Of a stretch of 40,327 bases of DNA, positions 7,494 through 17,895 are shown piece by piece. Origin of the DNA: Teseptimavirus PDP351P2. The notes below the pieces were generated by a model, which ran no database searches, was not told the origin of the DNA, and was given only the letters and a program-made list of their open reading frames with translations. Within the stretch, counting starts at the first letter, position 1, and each line of letters begins with the position of its first letter. The stretch lies in the sequence record OZ035763.1; one strand, 5' to 3'. The position numbers and the translations under genes are program-made.

Positions 7494-10145
7494 ATGAACA
7501 CGATTAACATCGCTAAGAACGACTTCTCTGACATCGAACTGGCCGCTATCCCGTTTAATACTCTGGCTGACCATTACGGTGAGCGTTTAGCTCGCGAACA
7601 GTTGGCCCTTGAGCATGAGTCTTACGAAATGGGTGAAGCACGCTTCCGCAAGATGTTTGAGCGTCAACTTAAAGCTGGTGAGGTCGCAGATAACGCTGCC
7701 GCCAAGCCTCTTATCACTACCCTGCTCCCTAAGATGATTGCACGCATCAACGATTGGTTTGAGGAAGTGAAAGCTAAGCGAGGCAAGCGCCCGACAGCCT
7801 TCCAGTTCCTGCAAGAAATCAAGCCGGAGGCGGTAGCTTATAGCACCATTAAGACCACTCTGGCTTGTCTAACCAGTGCAGACAATACAACCGTTCAGGC
7901 AGTAGCCAGCGCAATCGGTCGAGCCATTGAGGATGAAGCTCGCTTCGGTCGAATCCGTGACCTTGAAGCTAAGCACTTCAAGAAAAACGTTGAGGAACAA
8001 CTTAACAAGCGTGTAGGTCACGTCTATAAGAAAGCATTCATGCAAGTTGTCGAGGCTGACATGCTCTCTAAGGGTCTACTTGGTGGCGAGGCGTGGTCTT
8101 CGTGGCATAAGGAAGACTCCATTCACGTTGGGGTGCGCTGCATCGAGATGCTCATTGAGTCCACCGGAATGGTTAGCTTACATCGTCAAAATGCTGGCGT
8201 AGTAGGGCAAGACTCTGAGACTATCGAACTCACACCGGAATACGCTGAGGCTATCGCAACCCGTGCAGGTGCGCTGGCTGGTATCTCTCCGATGTTCCAA
8301 CCTTGCGTAGTTCCTCCTAAGCCGTGGACTGGTATTACTGGTGGTGGCTATTGGGCTAACGGTCGTCGCCCTCTGGCACTTGTACGTACCCACAGCAAGA
8401 AAGCACTGATGCGCTACGAAGATGTTTACATGCCTGAGGTGTACAAAGCGATTAACATTGCGCAAAACACCGCATGGAAAATCAACAAGAAAGTCCTAGC
8501 GGTCGCCAACGTAATCACCAAGTGGAAGCACTGCCCGGTCGAGGACATCCCAGCGATTGAGCGTGAAGAACTCCCGATGAAACCGGAAGACATTGACACG
8601 AATCCTGAGGCTCTCACCGCGTGGAAACGTGCCGCTGCTGCTGTGTACCGTAAAGATAAGGCTCGCAAGTCTCGCCGTATAAGCCTTGAGTTCATGCTTG
8701 AGCAAGCCAATAAGTTCGCTAACCATAAGGCCATCTGGTTCCCTTACAACATGGACTGGCGCGGTCGTGTTTACGCTGTGTCAATGTTCAACCCGCAAGG
8801 TAACGACATGACCAAAGGTCTGCTGACGCTGGCGAAAGGTAAACCAATCGGTAAAGAAGGTTACTACTGGCTGAAAATCCACGGTGCAAACTGTGCAGGA
8901 GTCGATAAGGTTCCGTTCCCTGAGCGCATCAAGTTCATTGAGGACAACCACGAGAACATCATGGCTTGCGCTAAGTCTCCTCTGGAGAACACTTGGTGGG
9001 CTGAGCAAGATTCTCCATTCTGCTTCCTTGCGTTCTGCTTTGAGTACGCTGGGGTACAGCACCACGGCCTGAGCTACAACTGCTCTCTTCCACTGGCGTT
9101 CGATGGGTCTTGCTCTGGCATTCAGCACTTCTCCGCGATGCTTCTCGACGAGGTAGGTGGTCTTGCTGTTAACCTGCTGCCTAGTGCAACCGTTCAGGAC
9201 ATCTACGGGATTGTCGCTAAGAAAGTCAATGTGATTCTGCAAGAAGACGTAATCAACGGGACCGACAACGAAGTAGTCACCGTGACTGACGAGAACACTG
9301 GTGAAATCTCTGAGAAAGTCAAGCTGGGCACCAAGGCGCTGGCTGGTCAATGGCTGGCTCACGGTGTTACTCGCAGCGTGACTAAGCGTTCGGTCATGAC
9401 GCTGGCTTACGGGTCCAAAGAGTTCGGCTTCCGTCAACAAGTGCTGGAAGATACCATTCAGCCAGCTATTGATTCCGGTAAAGGTCTGATGTTCACTCAA
9501 CCGAATCAGGCTGCTGGTTACATGGCTAAACTAATTTGGGAAGCTGTTAGCGTCACGGTGGTGGCTGCGGTTGAGGCAATGAACTGGCTCAAGTCTGCTG
9601 CTAAGCTGCTGGCTGCTGAGGTCAAAGATAAGAAGACTGGAGAGATTCTTCGCAAGCGTTGCGCTGTACACTGGGTAACTCCTGATGGCTTCCCTGTATG
9701 GCAGGAATACAAGAAGCCTATTCAGACTCGCTTGAACCTGATGTTCCTCGGTCAGTTCCGTCTACAACCGACCATTAACACCAACAAGGATAGCGAGATT
9801 GATGCACACAAGCAGGAGTCCGGTATAGCTCCTAACTTTGTGCATAGTCAAGATGGTAGCCACCTGCGTAAGACTGTAGTTTGGGCACACGAGAAGTACG
9901 GAATCGAATCGTTTGCACTGATTCACGACTCCTTCGGGACCATTCCGGCTGACGCTGCCAACCTGTTCAAAGCTGTGCGCGAAACTATGGTCGACACCTA
10001 TGAGTCTTGTGATGTACTGGCTGACTTCTACGACCAGTTCGCTGACCAGTTGCATGAGTCTCAATTGGATAAAATGCCAGCACTTCCGGCTAAGGGTAAC
10101 TTGAATCTACAAGACATCCTTAAGTCAGACTTCGCGTTTGCGTGA
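7494..10145 (+). CDS. 1: single-subunit DNA-dependent RNA polymerase (T7 RNAP homolog)
   Basis: 883 aa, MNTINIAKNDFSDIELAAIPFNTLADHYGERLAREQLALEHESYEMGEARF...; catalytic motifs DGSCSGIQH and HDSFGT. Confidence 0.98.
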   Translation: MNTINIAKNDFSDIELAAIPFNTLADHYGERLAREQLALEHESYEMGEARFRKMFERQLKAGEVADNAAAKPLITTLLPKMIARINDWFEEVKAKRGKRPTAFQFLQEIKPEAVAYSTIKTTLACLTSADNTTVQAVASAIGRAIEDEARFGRIRDLEAKHFKKNVEEQLNKRVGHVYKKAFMQVVEADMLSKGLLGGEAWSSWHKEDSIHVGVRCIEMLIESTGMVSLHRQNAGVVGQDSETIELTPEYAEAIATRAGALAGISPMFQPCVVPPKPWTGITGGGYWANGRRPLALVRTHSKKALMRYEDVYMPEVYKAINIAQNTAWKINKKVLAVANVITKWKHCPVEDIPAIEREELPMKPEDIDTNPEALTAWKRAAAAVYRKDKARKSRRISLEFMLEQANKFANHKAIWFPYNMDWRGRVYAVSMFNPQGNDMTKGLLTLAKGKPIGKEGYYWLKIHGANCAGVDKVPFPERIKFIEDNHENIMACAKSPLENTWWAEQDSPFCFLAFCFEYAGVQHHGLSYNCSLPLAFDGSCSGIQHFSAMLLDEVGGLAVNLLPSATVQDIYGIVAKKVNVILQEDVINGTDNEVVTVTDENTGEISEKVKLGTKALAGQWLAHGVTRSVTKRSVMTLAYGSKEFGFRQQVLEDTIQPAIDSGKGLMFTQPNQAAGYMAKLIWEAVSVTVVAAVEAMNWLKSAAKLLAAEVKDKKTGEILRKRCAVHWVTPDGFPVWQEYKKPIQTRLNLMFLGQFRLQPTINTNKDSEIDAHKQESGIAPNFVHSQDGSHLRKTVVWAHEKYGIESFALIHDSFGTIPADAANLFKAVRETMVDTYESCDVLADFYDQFADQLHESQLDKMPALPAKGNLNLQDILKSDFAFA

Positions 10146-10153
10146 TAGCAAAT

Positions 10154-10176
10154 TAATACGACTCACTATAGAGGGA
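10154..10176 (+). promoter_or_regulatory. T7 RNAP promoter phi1.1A
   Basis: TAATACGACTCACTATAGAGGGA. Confidence 0.85.
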
Positions 10177-10228
10177 CAAACTCAAGGTCACTTGAACGAG
10201 TGGCCTTTATGATTGACCTTCTTCCGGT

Positions 10229-10251
10229 TAATACGACTCACTATAGGAGAA
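10229..10251 (+). promoter_or_regulatory. T7 RNAP promoter phi1.1B
   Basis: TAATACGACTCACTATAGGAGAA. Confidence 0.85.
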
Positions 10252-10329
10252 CCTTAAGGTTTAACTTTAAGACCCTTAAGTGTTAATTAGAGATTTAGAT
10301 TAAAGAATTACTAAGAGAGGACTTTAAGT

Positions 10330-10458
10330 ATGCGTAACTTCGAAAAGATGACCAAACGTTCTAACCGTAACGCTCATGACTTCGAGGCAACTAAAGGTCG
10401 CAAGTTGAATAAGACTAAGCGTGACCGTTCCCACAAGCGTAGCTGGGAGGGTCAGTAA
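10330..10458 (+). CDS. 1.1: gp1.1 homolog, 42 aa basic protein
   Basis: MRNFEKMTKRSNRNAHDFEATKGRKLNKTKRDRSHKRSWEGQ read manually. Confidence 0.8.
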   Translation: MRNFEKMTKRSNRNAHDFEATKGRKLNKTKRDRSHKRSWEGQ

Positions 10459-10459
10459 G

Positions 10460-10732
10460 ATGGGACGTCTGTATAGTGGTAATCTGGCAGCATACAAAGA
10501 TATTATCAATCGTCTCAGAGAAGACCACGCTGTCGATGTGGTCGCTGAGAGTTATCGACGTGAAGACTACGCACAGCGCCGATGGGTAGCTGGTGAGACT
10601 CTTCGAGTGGTCTTACGGAATGGTGTAGAGCTAACATACAAGAGGTTCGAACACGACGACGAAGATGTACGCTGTAACGCACAGACCGAATGGTTACGCA
10701 AGGTGCATAGTGATTTGAAGCACTGGAAGTAA
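10460..10732 (+). CDS. 1.2: gp1.2 homolog (host dGTPase inhibitor in T7), 90 aa
   Basis: MGRLYSGNLAAYK... N-terminus matches recalled T7 gp1.2; track ORF 10421..10732 is an upstream extension. Confidence 0.8.
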   Translation: MGRLYSGNLAAYKDIINRLREDHAVDVVAESYRREDYAQRRWVAGETLRVVLRNGVELTYKRFEHDDEDVRCNAQTEWLRKVHSDLKHWK

Positions 10733-10752
10733 TACGACTCAGTATAGGAGGA
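10730..10752 (+). promoter_or_regulatory. T7 RNAP promoter phi1.3
   Basis: TAATACGACTCAGTATAGGAGGA, same CAGTATA variant as T7 phi1.3. Confidence 0.8.
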
Positions 10753-10756
10753 AACC

Positions 10757-11173
10757 ATGAAAGATGCCGACCGATTCAACGCAAAGACTGAACCATGCGG
10801 AGAATGTATTCGTTGGACTGGTCGAATCCAGCCTAACGGGTACGGTCAGTTCCGATTAAACGGTAAAACGCAGTATGCACACAGGGCAGCTTACACGCTG
10901 TTCCATGGAGAAATACCAGAAGGATACGTGGTTATGCACTCCTGCGATAACAGATGGTGCGTAAACCCAAGTCACCTAACTTTAGGGACACAAGCTGATA
11001 ACCTCATCGACATGACCAGAAAAGGTAGACACAGTAAGACTGTAATACCAAACGATCACATAGAGGGAATCAGGAACGATACCCGCTCTTCCTACGTAAT
11101 AGCTAGGGAGTGGGGAGTGAACCCATCAACTATCCAAAAGATTAAATCTGGAAAGAATAGGAGATTTGTATGA
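10757..11173 (+). CDS. free-standing HNH homing endonuclease (HNH_3-like) between phi1.3 and the ligase gene
   Basis: C..C...GYG..R, AHR, VVMHSCDNRWCVNPSHL, GTQADN; paralog of the ORF at 3482; in T7, phi1.3 is followed directly by gene 1.3. Confidence 0.85.
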   Translation: MKDADRFNAKTEPCGECIRWTGRIQPNGYGQFRLNGKTQYAHRAAYTLFHGEIPEGYVVMHSCDNRWCVNPSHLTLGTQADNLIDMTRKGRHSKTVIPNDHIEGIRNDTRSSYVIAREWGVNPSTIQKIKSGKNRRFV

Positions 11174-12198
11174 ACATTAAGACCAGCCCATTTAAAGCCG
11201 TGTCCTTTGTTGGGTCCGCTGTGAAGAAGGCATTAGACAACGCTGGATACCTAATCGTCGATTGTAAATATGATGGTGTACGTGGGAACATCTGCGTAGA
11301 CAACACTGCTAACAGTTGCTGGCTCTCTCGTGTTTCTAAAACGATTCCGGCACTTGAGCATTTGAACGGTTTTGACGCTCGCTGGCAACGCCTCCTTCGT
11401 GATGACCGATGCTTCTACCCTGACGGCTTCATGCTCGATGGTGAACTGATGGTCAAAGGTGTAGACTTCAACACTGGCTCCGGCCTTCTGCGCACCAAGT
11501 GGCTAAACAAGAAGAACTTTGAGTTCGACGTTGGCGGTGTACCACCACTCAAGGGGTCCAAGGTTGAGTTCGCGTTGGACACCAAACGTCTGAGTGTACG
11601 ACTATACGCTATCCTCCCTCTGCACATCGTGGAGTCTGGGGAAGACTGTGATGTCATGACGTTGCTCATGCAGGAACACGTTAAGAACATGCTGCCTCTG
11701 CTACAGGAATACTTCCCTGAAATCGAATGGCAAGCGGCTGAATCTTACGAGGTCTACGATATGGTAGAACTACAGCAACTGTATGAGAAGAAGCGTGAAG
11801 AAGGCCATGAGGGTCTCATTGTGAAAGACCCGATGTGCATCTACAAGCGAGGCAAGAAGTCAGGCTGGTGGAAAATGAAGCCAGAGAATGAGGCTGATGG
11901 TATCATTCAGGGTCTGATATGGGGGACCGAAGGTCTTGCTAATGAGGGCAAAGTGATCGGCTTTGAGGTGCTTCTTGAGAGTGGTCGTGTAGTTAACGCC
12001 ACAAACATCTCTCGCGCCTTAATGGATGAGTTTACAGCTGCATGTGATACGGACACATACCACCTTGCTGGTATAAACCCGTACCAAGGCTGGGCCTGCC
12101 AGATTAGCTACATGGAGGAAACACCTGATGGCTCTCTGCGTCACCCATCGTTCGTAATGTTCCGTGGCACAGAGGACAACCCTCAAGAGAAAATGTAA
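11170..12198 (+). CDS. 1.3: ATP-dependent DNA ligase (T7 gp1.3 homolog)
   Basis: 342 aa; MNIKTSPFKAVSFVGSAVKKALDNAGYLIVDCKYDGVRGN (adenylation motif KYDG); C-terminus ...SFVMFRGTEDNPQEKM. Confidence 0.95.
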   Translation: MNIKTSPFKAVSFVGSAVKKALDNAGYLIVDCKYDGVRGNICVDNTANSCWLSRVSKTIPALEHLNGFDARWQRLLRDDRCFYPDGFMLDGELMVKGVDFNTGSGLLRTKWLNKKNFEFDVGGVPPLKGSKVEFALDTKRLSVRLYAILPLHIVESGEDCDVMTLLMQEHVKNMLPLLQEYFPEIEWQAAESYEVYDMVELQQLYEKKREEGHEGLIVKDPMCIYKRGKKSGWWKMKPENEADGIIQGLIWGTEGLANEGKVIGFEVLLESGRVVNATNISRALMDEFTAACDTDTYHLAGINPYQGWACQISYMEETPDGSLRHPSFVMFRGTEDNPQEKM

Positions 12199-12203
12199 CA
12201 ACA

Positions 12204-12231
12204 CTGGCTCACCTTCGGGTGGGCCTTTCTG
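12204..12231 (+). terminator. early terminator TE (for host RNAP)
   Basis: GGCTCACC-TTCG-GGTGGGCC stem-loop followed by TTTCT; matches recalled T7 TE. Confidence 0.8.
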
Positions 12232-12235
12232 CGTT

Positions 12236-12258
12236 TAATACGACTCACTAAAGGAGGT
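12236..12258 (+). promoter_or_regulatory. T7 RNAP promoter phi1.5
   Basis: TAATACGACTCACTAAAGGAGGT. Confidence 0.8.
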
Positions 12259-12265
12259 ACACATC

Positions 12266-12358
12266 ATGATGTACTTAATGCCATTACTCATTGTCATTAT
12301 AGGATGCCTTGCGCTTCACTATACTGATGATGACGATATGCCAGATGGTCACGCTTGA
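12266..12358 (+). CDS. 1.5: gp1.5 homolog, 30-aa hydrophobic/acidic peptide
   Basis: MMYLMPLLIVIIGCLALHYTDDDDMPDGHA read manually; matches recalled T7 gp1.5. Confidence 0.7.
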   Translation: MMYLMPLLIVIIGCLALHYTDDDDMPDGHA

Positions 12359-12381
12359 CGACACCACTAAGGAGATACCTT

Positions 12382-12498
12382 ATGATGTACTTAATGCCAC
12401 CACTGATGCTATTCTTGGTGTCATTACTCATTCTCATCCCTGTATATGCTGTACTACGTGATGATGACGATGATGACACACAAGATGGTCACGCTTAA
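12382..12498 (+). CDS. second, divergent tandem copy of gene 1.5, 38 aa
   Basis: MMYLMPPLMLFLVSLLILIPVYAVLRDDDDDDTQDGHA; shares MMYLMP start and DGHA end with the first copy; own SD GGAGATACC. Confidence 0.6.
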   Translation: MMYLMPPLMLFLVSLLILIPVYAVLRDDDDDDTQDGHA

Positions 12499-12518
12499 TA
12501 CGACTCACTAAAGGAGAC
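12496..12518 (+). promoter_or_regulatory. T7 RNAP promoter phi1.6
   Basis: TAATACGACTCACTAAAGGAGAC. Confidence 0.8.
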
Positions 12519-12523
12519 ACTAT

Positions 12524-12784
12524 ATGTTTCGACTTCATTACAACAAAAGCATTAAGAACTTCACGGTTCGCCGTGCTGACCGTTCAATCGTATGTGCGAG
12601 CGAGCGCCGAGCTAAGTTACCTCTTATTGGTAACACAGTTCCTCTGGCACCGAGCGTCCACATCATTATCACCCGTGGTGACTTTGAGAAAGCAATAGAC
12701 AAGAAACGTCCGGTTCTTAGTGTGGCAGTGACCCGCTTCCCGTTCGTCCGTCTGTTACTCAAACGTATCAAGGAGGTGTTCTGA
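12524..12784 (+). CDS. 1.6: gp1.6 homolog
   Basis: [29 protein letters not shown]..., matches recalled T7 gp1.6. Confidence 0.85.
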   Translation: MFRLHYNKSIKNFTVRRADRSIVCASERRAKLPLIGNTVPLAPSVHIIITRGDFEKAIDKKRPVLSVAVTRFPFVRLLLKRIKEVF

Positions 12785-13069
12785 TGGGACTGTTAGACGG
12801 TGCAGCTTGGGAAAAAGAAAATCAGCCTTCCGCTGAATCAATCGAAGGTGTCACTAAGCCTTCCCATTACATGCTGTTCGACGACATTGAGGCTATCGAA
12901 GTGATTGCCCGTTCAATGACTCGTGAGCAGTTCAAAGGGTATTGCTTAGGGAACATCCTTAAGTACCGCCTACGTGCTGGTAAGAAGTCCGAACTGGCTT
13001 ACTTAGAGAAAGACATGGCGAAAGCTGGCTTCTACGGTGAACTATATGAGAAACATAAGGATAAGTGTT

Positions 13070-13080
<11 letters not shown>
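12784..13080 (+). CDS. 1.7: gp1.7 homolog, half-length (98 aa vs about 196 in T7)
   Basis: [13 protein letters not shown] start then directly QPSAESIEGVTKPSHYMLFDDIEAIEV...; corresponds to T7 gp1.7 N-terminal 12 aa plus C-terminal half. Confidence 0.8.
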
Positions 13081-13385
<305 letters not shown>

Positions 13386-13388
<3 letters not shown>

Positions 13389-13408
13389 TACGACTCACTA
13401 TTAGGGAA
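13386..13408 (+). promoter_or_regulatory. T7 RNAP promoter phi2.5
   Basis: TAATACGACTCACTATTAGGGAA. Confidence 0.85.
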
Positions 13409-13453
13409 GACTCCCTTTGAGAAACCAAACGAAACCTAAAGGAGATTAACATT

Positions 13454-14152
13454 ATGGCTAAGAAGATTTTCACCTCTGCGCTGGGTACTGCTGAACCTTA
13501 CGCTTACATCTCTAAACCGGACTACGGTAACGAAGAGCGTGGCTTTGGGAACCCTCGTGGTGTATACAAAGTTGACCTGACTATTCCCAACAAAGACCCG
13601 CGCTGCCAGCGTATGGTCGATGAAATCGTGAAGTGTCACGAAGAGGCTTATGCTGCTGCCGTTGAGGAATACGAAGCGAATCCGCCTGCGGTAGCTCGTG
13701 GTAAGAAACCTCTGAAACCGTATGAAGGCGACATGCCATTCTTCGATAATGGCGACGGCACTACTACCTTTAAGTTCAAATGCTACGCGTCTTTCCAAGA
13801 CAAGAAGACCAAAGAGACCAAGCACATCAATCTGGTTGTTGTGGACTCCAAAGGTAAGAAGATGGAAGACGTTCCGATTATCGGTGGTGGCTCTAAACTG
13901 AAAGTCAAATACTCTCTGGTTCCGTACAAGTGGAACACCGCTGTAGGTGCGAGCGTTAAGCTGCAACTAGAATCCGTTATGCTGGTCGAACTGGCTACCT
14001 TTGGTGGCGGTGAAGACGATTGGGCTGATGAAGTCGAAGAGAACGGCTATGTTGCCTCTGGTTCTACCAAAGCGAGCAAACCACGCGACGAAGAAAGCTG
14101 GGACGAAGACGACGAAGAGTCCGATGAAGTAGACGAAGACGGAGACTTCTAA
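13454..14152 (+). CDS. 2.5: single-stranded DNA-binding protein (T7 gp2.5 homolog)
   Basis: 232 aa, acidic C-terminal tail ending ...EDGDF. Confidence 0.95.
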   Translation: MAKKIFTSALGTAEPYAYISKPDYGNEERGFGNPRGVYKVDLTIPNKDPRCQRMVDEIVKCHEEAYAAAVEEYEANPPAVARGKKPLKPYEGDMPFFDNGDGTTTFKFKCYASFQDKKTKETKHINLVVVDSKGKKMEDVPIIGGGSKLKVKYSLVPYKWNTAVGASVKLQLESVMLVELATFGGGEDDWADEVEENGYVASGSTKASKPRDEESWDEDDEESDEVDEDGDF

Positions 14153-14608
14153 GTGGCTGGCGCATATGCTGCGCGTGGTATCCGAAAGGTCGGGACATTC
14201 CGTTCCGGCCTAGAAGATAAGGTCTCTAAGCAGCTAGAGGGTAAGGGCATTCAGTTCGACTATGAACTGTGGAAAATCCCTTACGTTGTCCCTGCGAGCA
14301 ACCATATGTATACTCCAGACTTCCTGCTGCCTAACGGAATCTTTATTGAAACCAAAGGTTTATGGGAGAGTGACGACCGAAAGAAACACTTATTGATTCG
14401 CGAACAGTTTCCTGAACTGGACATCCGTCTGGTGTTCTCAAGCTCACGCACCAAGCTGTACAAAGGGTCTCCGACCAGTTATGGTGAATGGTGCGAGAAG
14501 CACGGCATTCTGTTTGCTGACAAATTAATTCCTGTAGAATGGCTCAAAGAACCCAAAAAGGAGGTGCCATTTGACAAGCTGAAACAATCGAAGGGAGGAA
14601 AGAAATAA
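14153..14608 (+). CDS. 3: endonuclease I, Holliday junction resolvase (T7 gp3 homolog)
   Basis: 151 aa; ...GIRKVGTFRSGLEDKVSKQLE...PDFLLPNGIF.ETKG; apparent GTG start directly after 2.5 stop. Confidence 0.9.
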   Translation: MAGAYAARGIRKVGTFRSGLEDKVSKQLEGKGIQFDYELWKIPYVVPASNHMYTPDFLLPNGIFIETKGLWESDDRKKHLLIREQFPELDIRLVFSSSRTKLYKGSPTSYGEWCEKHGILFADKLIPVEWLKEPKKEVPFDKLKQSKGGKK

Positions 14609-15063
14609 TGGCTCGTGTACAGTTTAAACAACGTGAATCTACTGATGCAATCTTTGTCCACTGCTCGGCTACCAAGCCAAGTCAGAATGTAGGAGTTCGC
14701 GAGATTCGACAGTGGCATAAAGAGCAAGGTTGGCTTGATGTTGGGTATCACTTTATCATCAAGCGCGATGGCACAGTAGAGGAAGGCCGAGATGAGATGG
14801 CTGTAGGCTCTCACGCTAAAGGTTATAATCACAACTCTATTGGTGTCTGCCTTGTAGGTGGTATCGACGATAGAGGTAAGTTCGACGCTAACTTTACGCC
14901 AGCCCAAATGCAATCCCTCCGCTCACTGCTTGTCACACTGCTGGCTAAGTACGAAGGCGCTGTACTTCGTGCACATCACGATGTGGCACCTAAGGCTTGC
15001 CCATCGTTCGACCTTAAGCGTTGGTGGGAAACTAATGAACTGGTCACTTCTGACCGTGGATAA
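14608..15063 (+). CDS. 3.5: lysozyme / N-acetylmuramoyl-L-alanine amidase (T7 gp3.5 homolog)
   Basis: 151 aa, MARVQFKQRESTDAIFVHCSATKPSQNVGVREIRQWHKEQGWLDVGYHF... Confidence 0.95.
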   Translation: MARVQFKQRESTDAIFVHCSATKPSQNVGVREIRQWHKEQGWLDVGYHFIIKRDGTVEEGRDEMAVGSHAKGYNHNSIGVCLVGGIDDRGKFDANFTPAQMQSLRSLLVTLLAKYEGAVLRAHHDVAPKACPSFDLKRWWETNELVTSDRG

Positions 15064-15064
15064 T

Positions 15065-15087
15065 TAATTGAACTCACTAAAGGGAGA
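15065..15087 (+). promoter_or_regulatory. T7 RNAP promoter phi3.8
   Basis: TAATTGAACTCACTAAAGGGAGA. Confidence 0.8.
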
Positions 15088-15123
15088 CCCAAGCGGTTTC
15101 CCTTTCAACACAAGGAGGAAGCT

Positions 15124-17278
<2,155 letters not shown>

Positions 17279-17296
17279 CAGGATTCTTGACGATTT

Positions 17297-17319
17297 CAAT
17301 ACGACTCACTAAAGGAGAC
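17297..17319 (+). promoter_or_regulatory. T7 RNAP promoter phi4.3
   Basis: CAATACGACTCACTAAAGGAGAC. Confidence 0.8.
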
Positions 17320-17323
17320 ACCC

Positions 17324-17536
17324 ATGTTCAAACTGATTAAGAAATTAGGCCAACTGCTAGTTCGTATGTACAACGTGGAAGCAAAACGTCTGAACGATGA
17401 GGCCCGTAAAGAGGCCACACAGTCACGCACTCTGGCTATTCGCTCCAACGAACTGGCTGATAGTGCATCCACTAAAGTTACAGAAGCCGCTCGTGTAGCA
17501 AACCAAGCTCAACAGCTTTCCAAATTCTTTGAGTAA
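17324..17536 (+). CDS. 4.3: gp4.3 homolog, 70 aa
   Basis: MFKLIKKLGQLLVRMYNVEAKRLNDEARKEATQ... Confidence 0.85.
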   Translation: MFKLIKKLGQLLVRMYNVEAKRLNDEARKEATQSRTLAIRSNELADSASTKVTEAARVANQAQQLSKFFE

Positions 17537-17555
17537 TCAAACAGGAGAAACCATT

Positions 17556-17825
17556 ATGTCTAACGTAGCTGAAACTATCCGTCTATCCGATACCGCTGAC
17601 CAGTGGAACCGTCGGGTTCACATCAACGTTCGTAACGGAAAGGCTACTATGGTCTACCGTTGGAAGGACTCTAAGTCCTCTAAGAATCACACTCAGCGTA
17701 TGACGTTGACAGATGAGCAAGCACTGCGTCTGGTCAATGCGCTTACCAAAGCTGCCGTGACAGCAATCCATGAAGCTGGTCGCGCAGATGAAGCTATGGC
17801 TATCCTCAACAAGATTGATAGCTAA
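17556..17825 (+). CDS. 4.5: gp4.5 homolog, 89 aa
   Basis: MSNVAETIRLSDTADQWNRRVHINVRNGKATMVYRWKDSK...; track ORF 17529..17825 is an upstream extension. Confidence 0.85.
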   Translation: MSNVAETIRLSDTADQWNRRVHINVRNGKATMVYRWKDSKSSKNHTQRMTLTDEQALRLVNALTKAAVTAIHEAGRADEAMAILNKIDS

Positions 17826-17868
17826 GAGTGGTATACTCAAGGCCGCCCAAGTGGTGGCCTTCATGAAT
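17826..17868 (+). promoter_or_regulatory. RNase III processing site R4.7-like
   Basis: GTATACTCAAGGCCGCCCAAGTGGTGGCCTTCATGAATACT hairpin. Confidence 0.5.
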
Positions 17869-17891
17869 ACTATTCGACTCACTATAGGAGG
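17869..17891 (+). promoter_or_regulatory. T7 RNAP promoter phi4.7
   Basis: CTATTCGACTCACTATAGGAGGT. Confidence 0.75.
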
Positions 17892-17895
17892 TGGT

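Larger units (their letters stand above)
10150..10325 (+). other. probable primary origin of DNA replication region (phi1.1A/phi1.1B plus AT-rich segment)
   Basis: In T7 the primary origin lies at the phi1.1A/B promoters and adjacent AT-rich DNA; same architecture here, with AT-rich 10255-10320. Confidence 0.4.

Noticed and set aside
8781-9500. 239-aa minus-strand ORF antisense to the RNA polymerase gene; similar long antisense ORFs at 27142-27819, 23125-23700, 2620-3156, 13436-13966 and 6994-7398
   Set aside because: They lie wholly inside well-supported + strand genes, have no ribosome-binding sites or promoters, and T7-group phages transcribe only one strand; treated as chance antisense ORFs.
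10421-10732. Longer ORF-track starts for several genes (10421 for 1.2, 5771 for 0.6, 17770 for the 4.7-position gene, 20927 for 5.5, 13125 for gene 2, 17529 for 4.5, 23060 for 6.7, 4048 for 19.5, 21 for gene 18)
   Set aside because: The upstream extensions overlap the preceding gene or an RNase III/promoter element and lack an SD. Internal ATGs with good SDs give products matching T7 protein N-termini and lengths.
12355-12380. Promoter-like sequence TTGACGACACCACTAAGGAGA between the two gene 1.5 copies
   Set aside because: It has several deletions and substitutions in the -17 to -5 recognition region relative to the 23-bp T7-type consensus; interpreted as a decayed promoter copy, not reported as a functional promoter.
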